Shown: piece after piece, positions 44,258 through 44,364 of the stretch | Layout of the letters: each line of letters begins with the position of its first letter | Numbering within the stretch: the stretch's first letter is position 1 | From: an uncultured Candidatus Saccharibacteria bacterium | GTDB taxonomy: Bacteria; Patescibacteriota; Minisyncoccia; Phycocordibacterales; UBA9973 | DNA: 44,364 nucleotides | Assembly (NCBI GenBank): GCA_964387965.1 | Contig: CAYLXO010000004.1 | Span: 1-44,364 of the forward strand | Reading direction: 5' to 3' | Translations under genes and position numbers: made by a program | Notes under the pieces: generated by a model | Told to the model about the DNA's origin: nothing | The model's database searches: none | What the model saw: only the letters and a program-made list of their open reading frames with translations

Positions 44258-44364
44258 ATGGAAACTCGAAATTGCCAAAACTGTAAAAGTGACTTCGTTA
44301 TCGACCAAGACGATTTTGGTTTTTATGCAAAGATGAAAGTGCCTCTACCTACGTTTTGTCCAGA
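44258..44364 (+). CDS. Start of a second, paralogous Cys-rich protein (truncated by the window end)
   Basis: My translation is METRNCQNCKSDFVIDQDDFGFYAKMKVPLPTFCP. It is identical to the N-terminus of the preceding protein at 28 of 35 residues. Confidence 0.7.
   Translation, partial: METRNCQNCKSDFVIDQDDFGFYAKMKVPLPTFCP

Overview
The window is a dense, low-GC, almost entirely housekeeping chromosomal segment. Most genes are on the minus strand in long, translationally coupled arrays with 1-11 nt stop/start overlaps. Several features fit a small-genome Candidate Phyla Radiation (Patescibacteria, Parcubacteria-like) bacterium, though this is inference only: a 23S rRNA gene with no 16S or tRNA upstream, rplJ-rplL without rplK/rplA or rpoBC neighbours, rpsF-ssb-rpsR without rplI, giant Thr/Ser/Gly/Val-rich surface proteins, and weak or absent Shine-Dalgarno sites. 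TGA is used as a stop, so the code is standard. Contents are: a partial 23S rRNA; rplJ-rplL with an L10-type leader; rpsF-ssb-rpsR; efp; recA; ftsK; recO; four aminoacyl-tRNA synthetases (metG, glyQS, ileS, argS); a nucleotide-pool and dTMP gene set (dut, two NUDIX, tmk, maf, glyA, thyA, a third NUDIX); a DEAD-box helicase; transporters; peptidases; and several conserved hypotheticals. I saw no CRISPR array, transposase, integrase, tRNA gene or recognisable defence system. The most interesting items are: (1) an apparently catalytically intact histidine-phosphatase (RHG/PGAM-family) domain inserted into the catalytic core of IleRS; (2) a clear T-box riboswitch with an apparently ultrashort Stem I (AUC specifier) that controls a SemiSWEET-like 3-TM membrane protein followed by that unusual ileS and a phosphatase/hydrolase/transporter string; (3) tandem paralogous Cys-rich proteins (35 Cys) with zinc-ribbon ends at the window edge; (4) several structured non-coding regions with no obvious assignment, namely the GC-rich rplL 3' region, a promoter/terminator-bounded ~85-nt unit upstream of the 23S, the glyA leader, and a 750-bp spacer upstream of the giant surface protein. 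All domain calls come from motifs read by eye and need HMM or structure confirmation.
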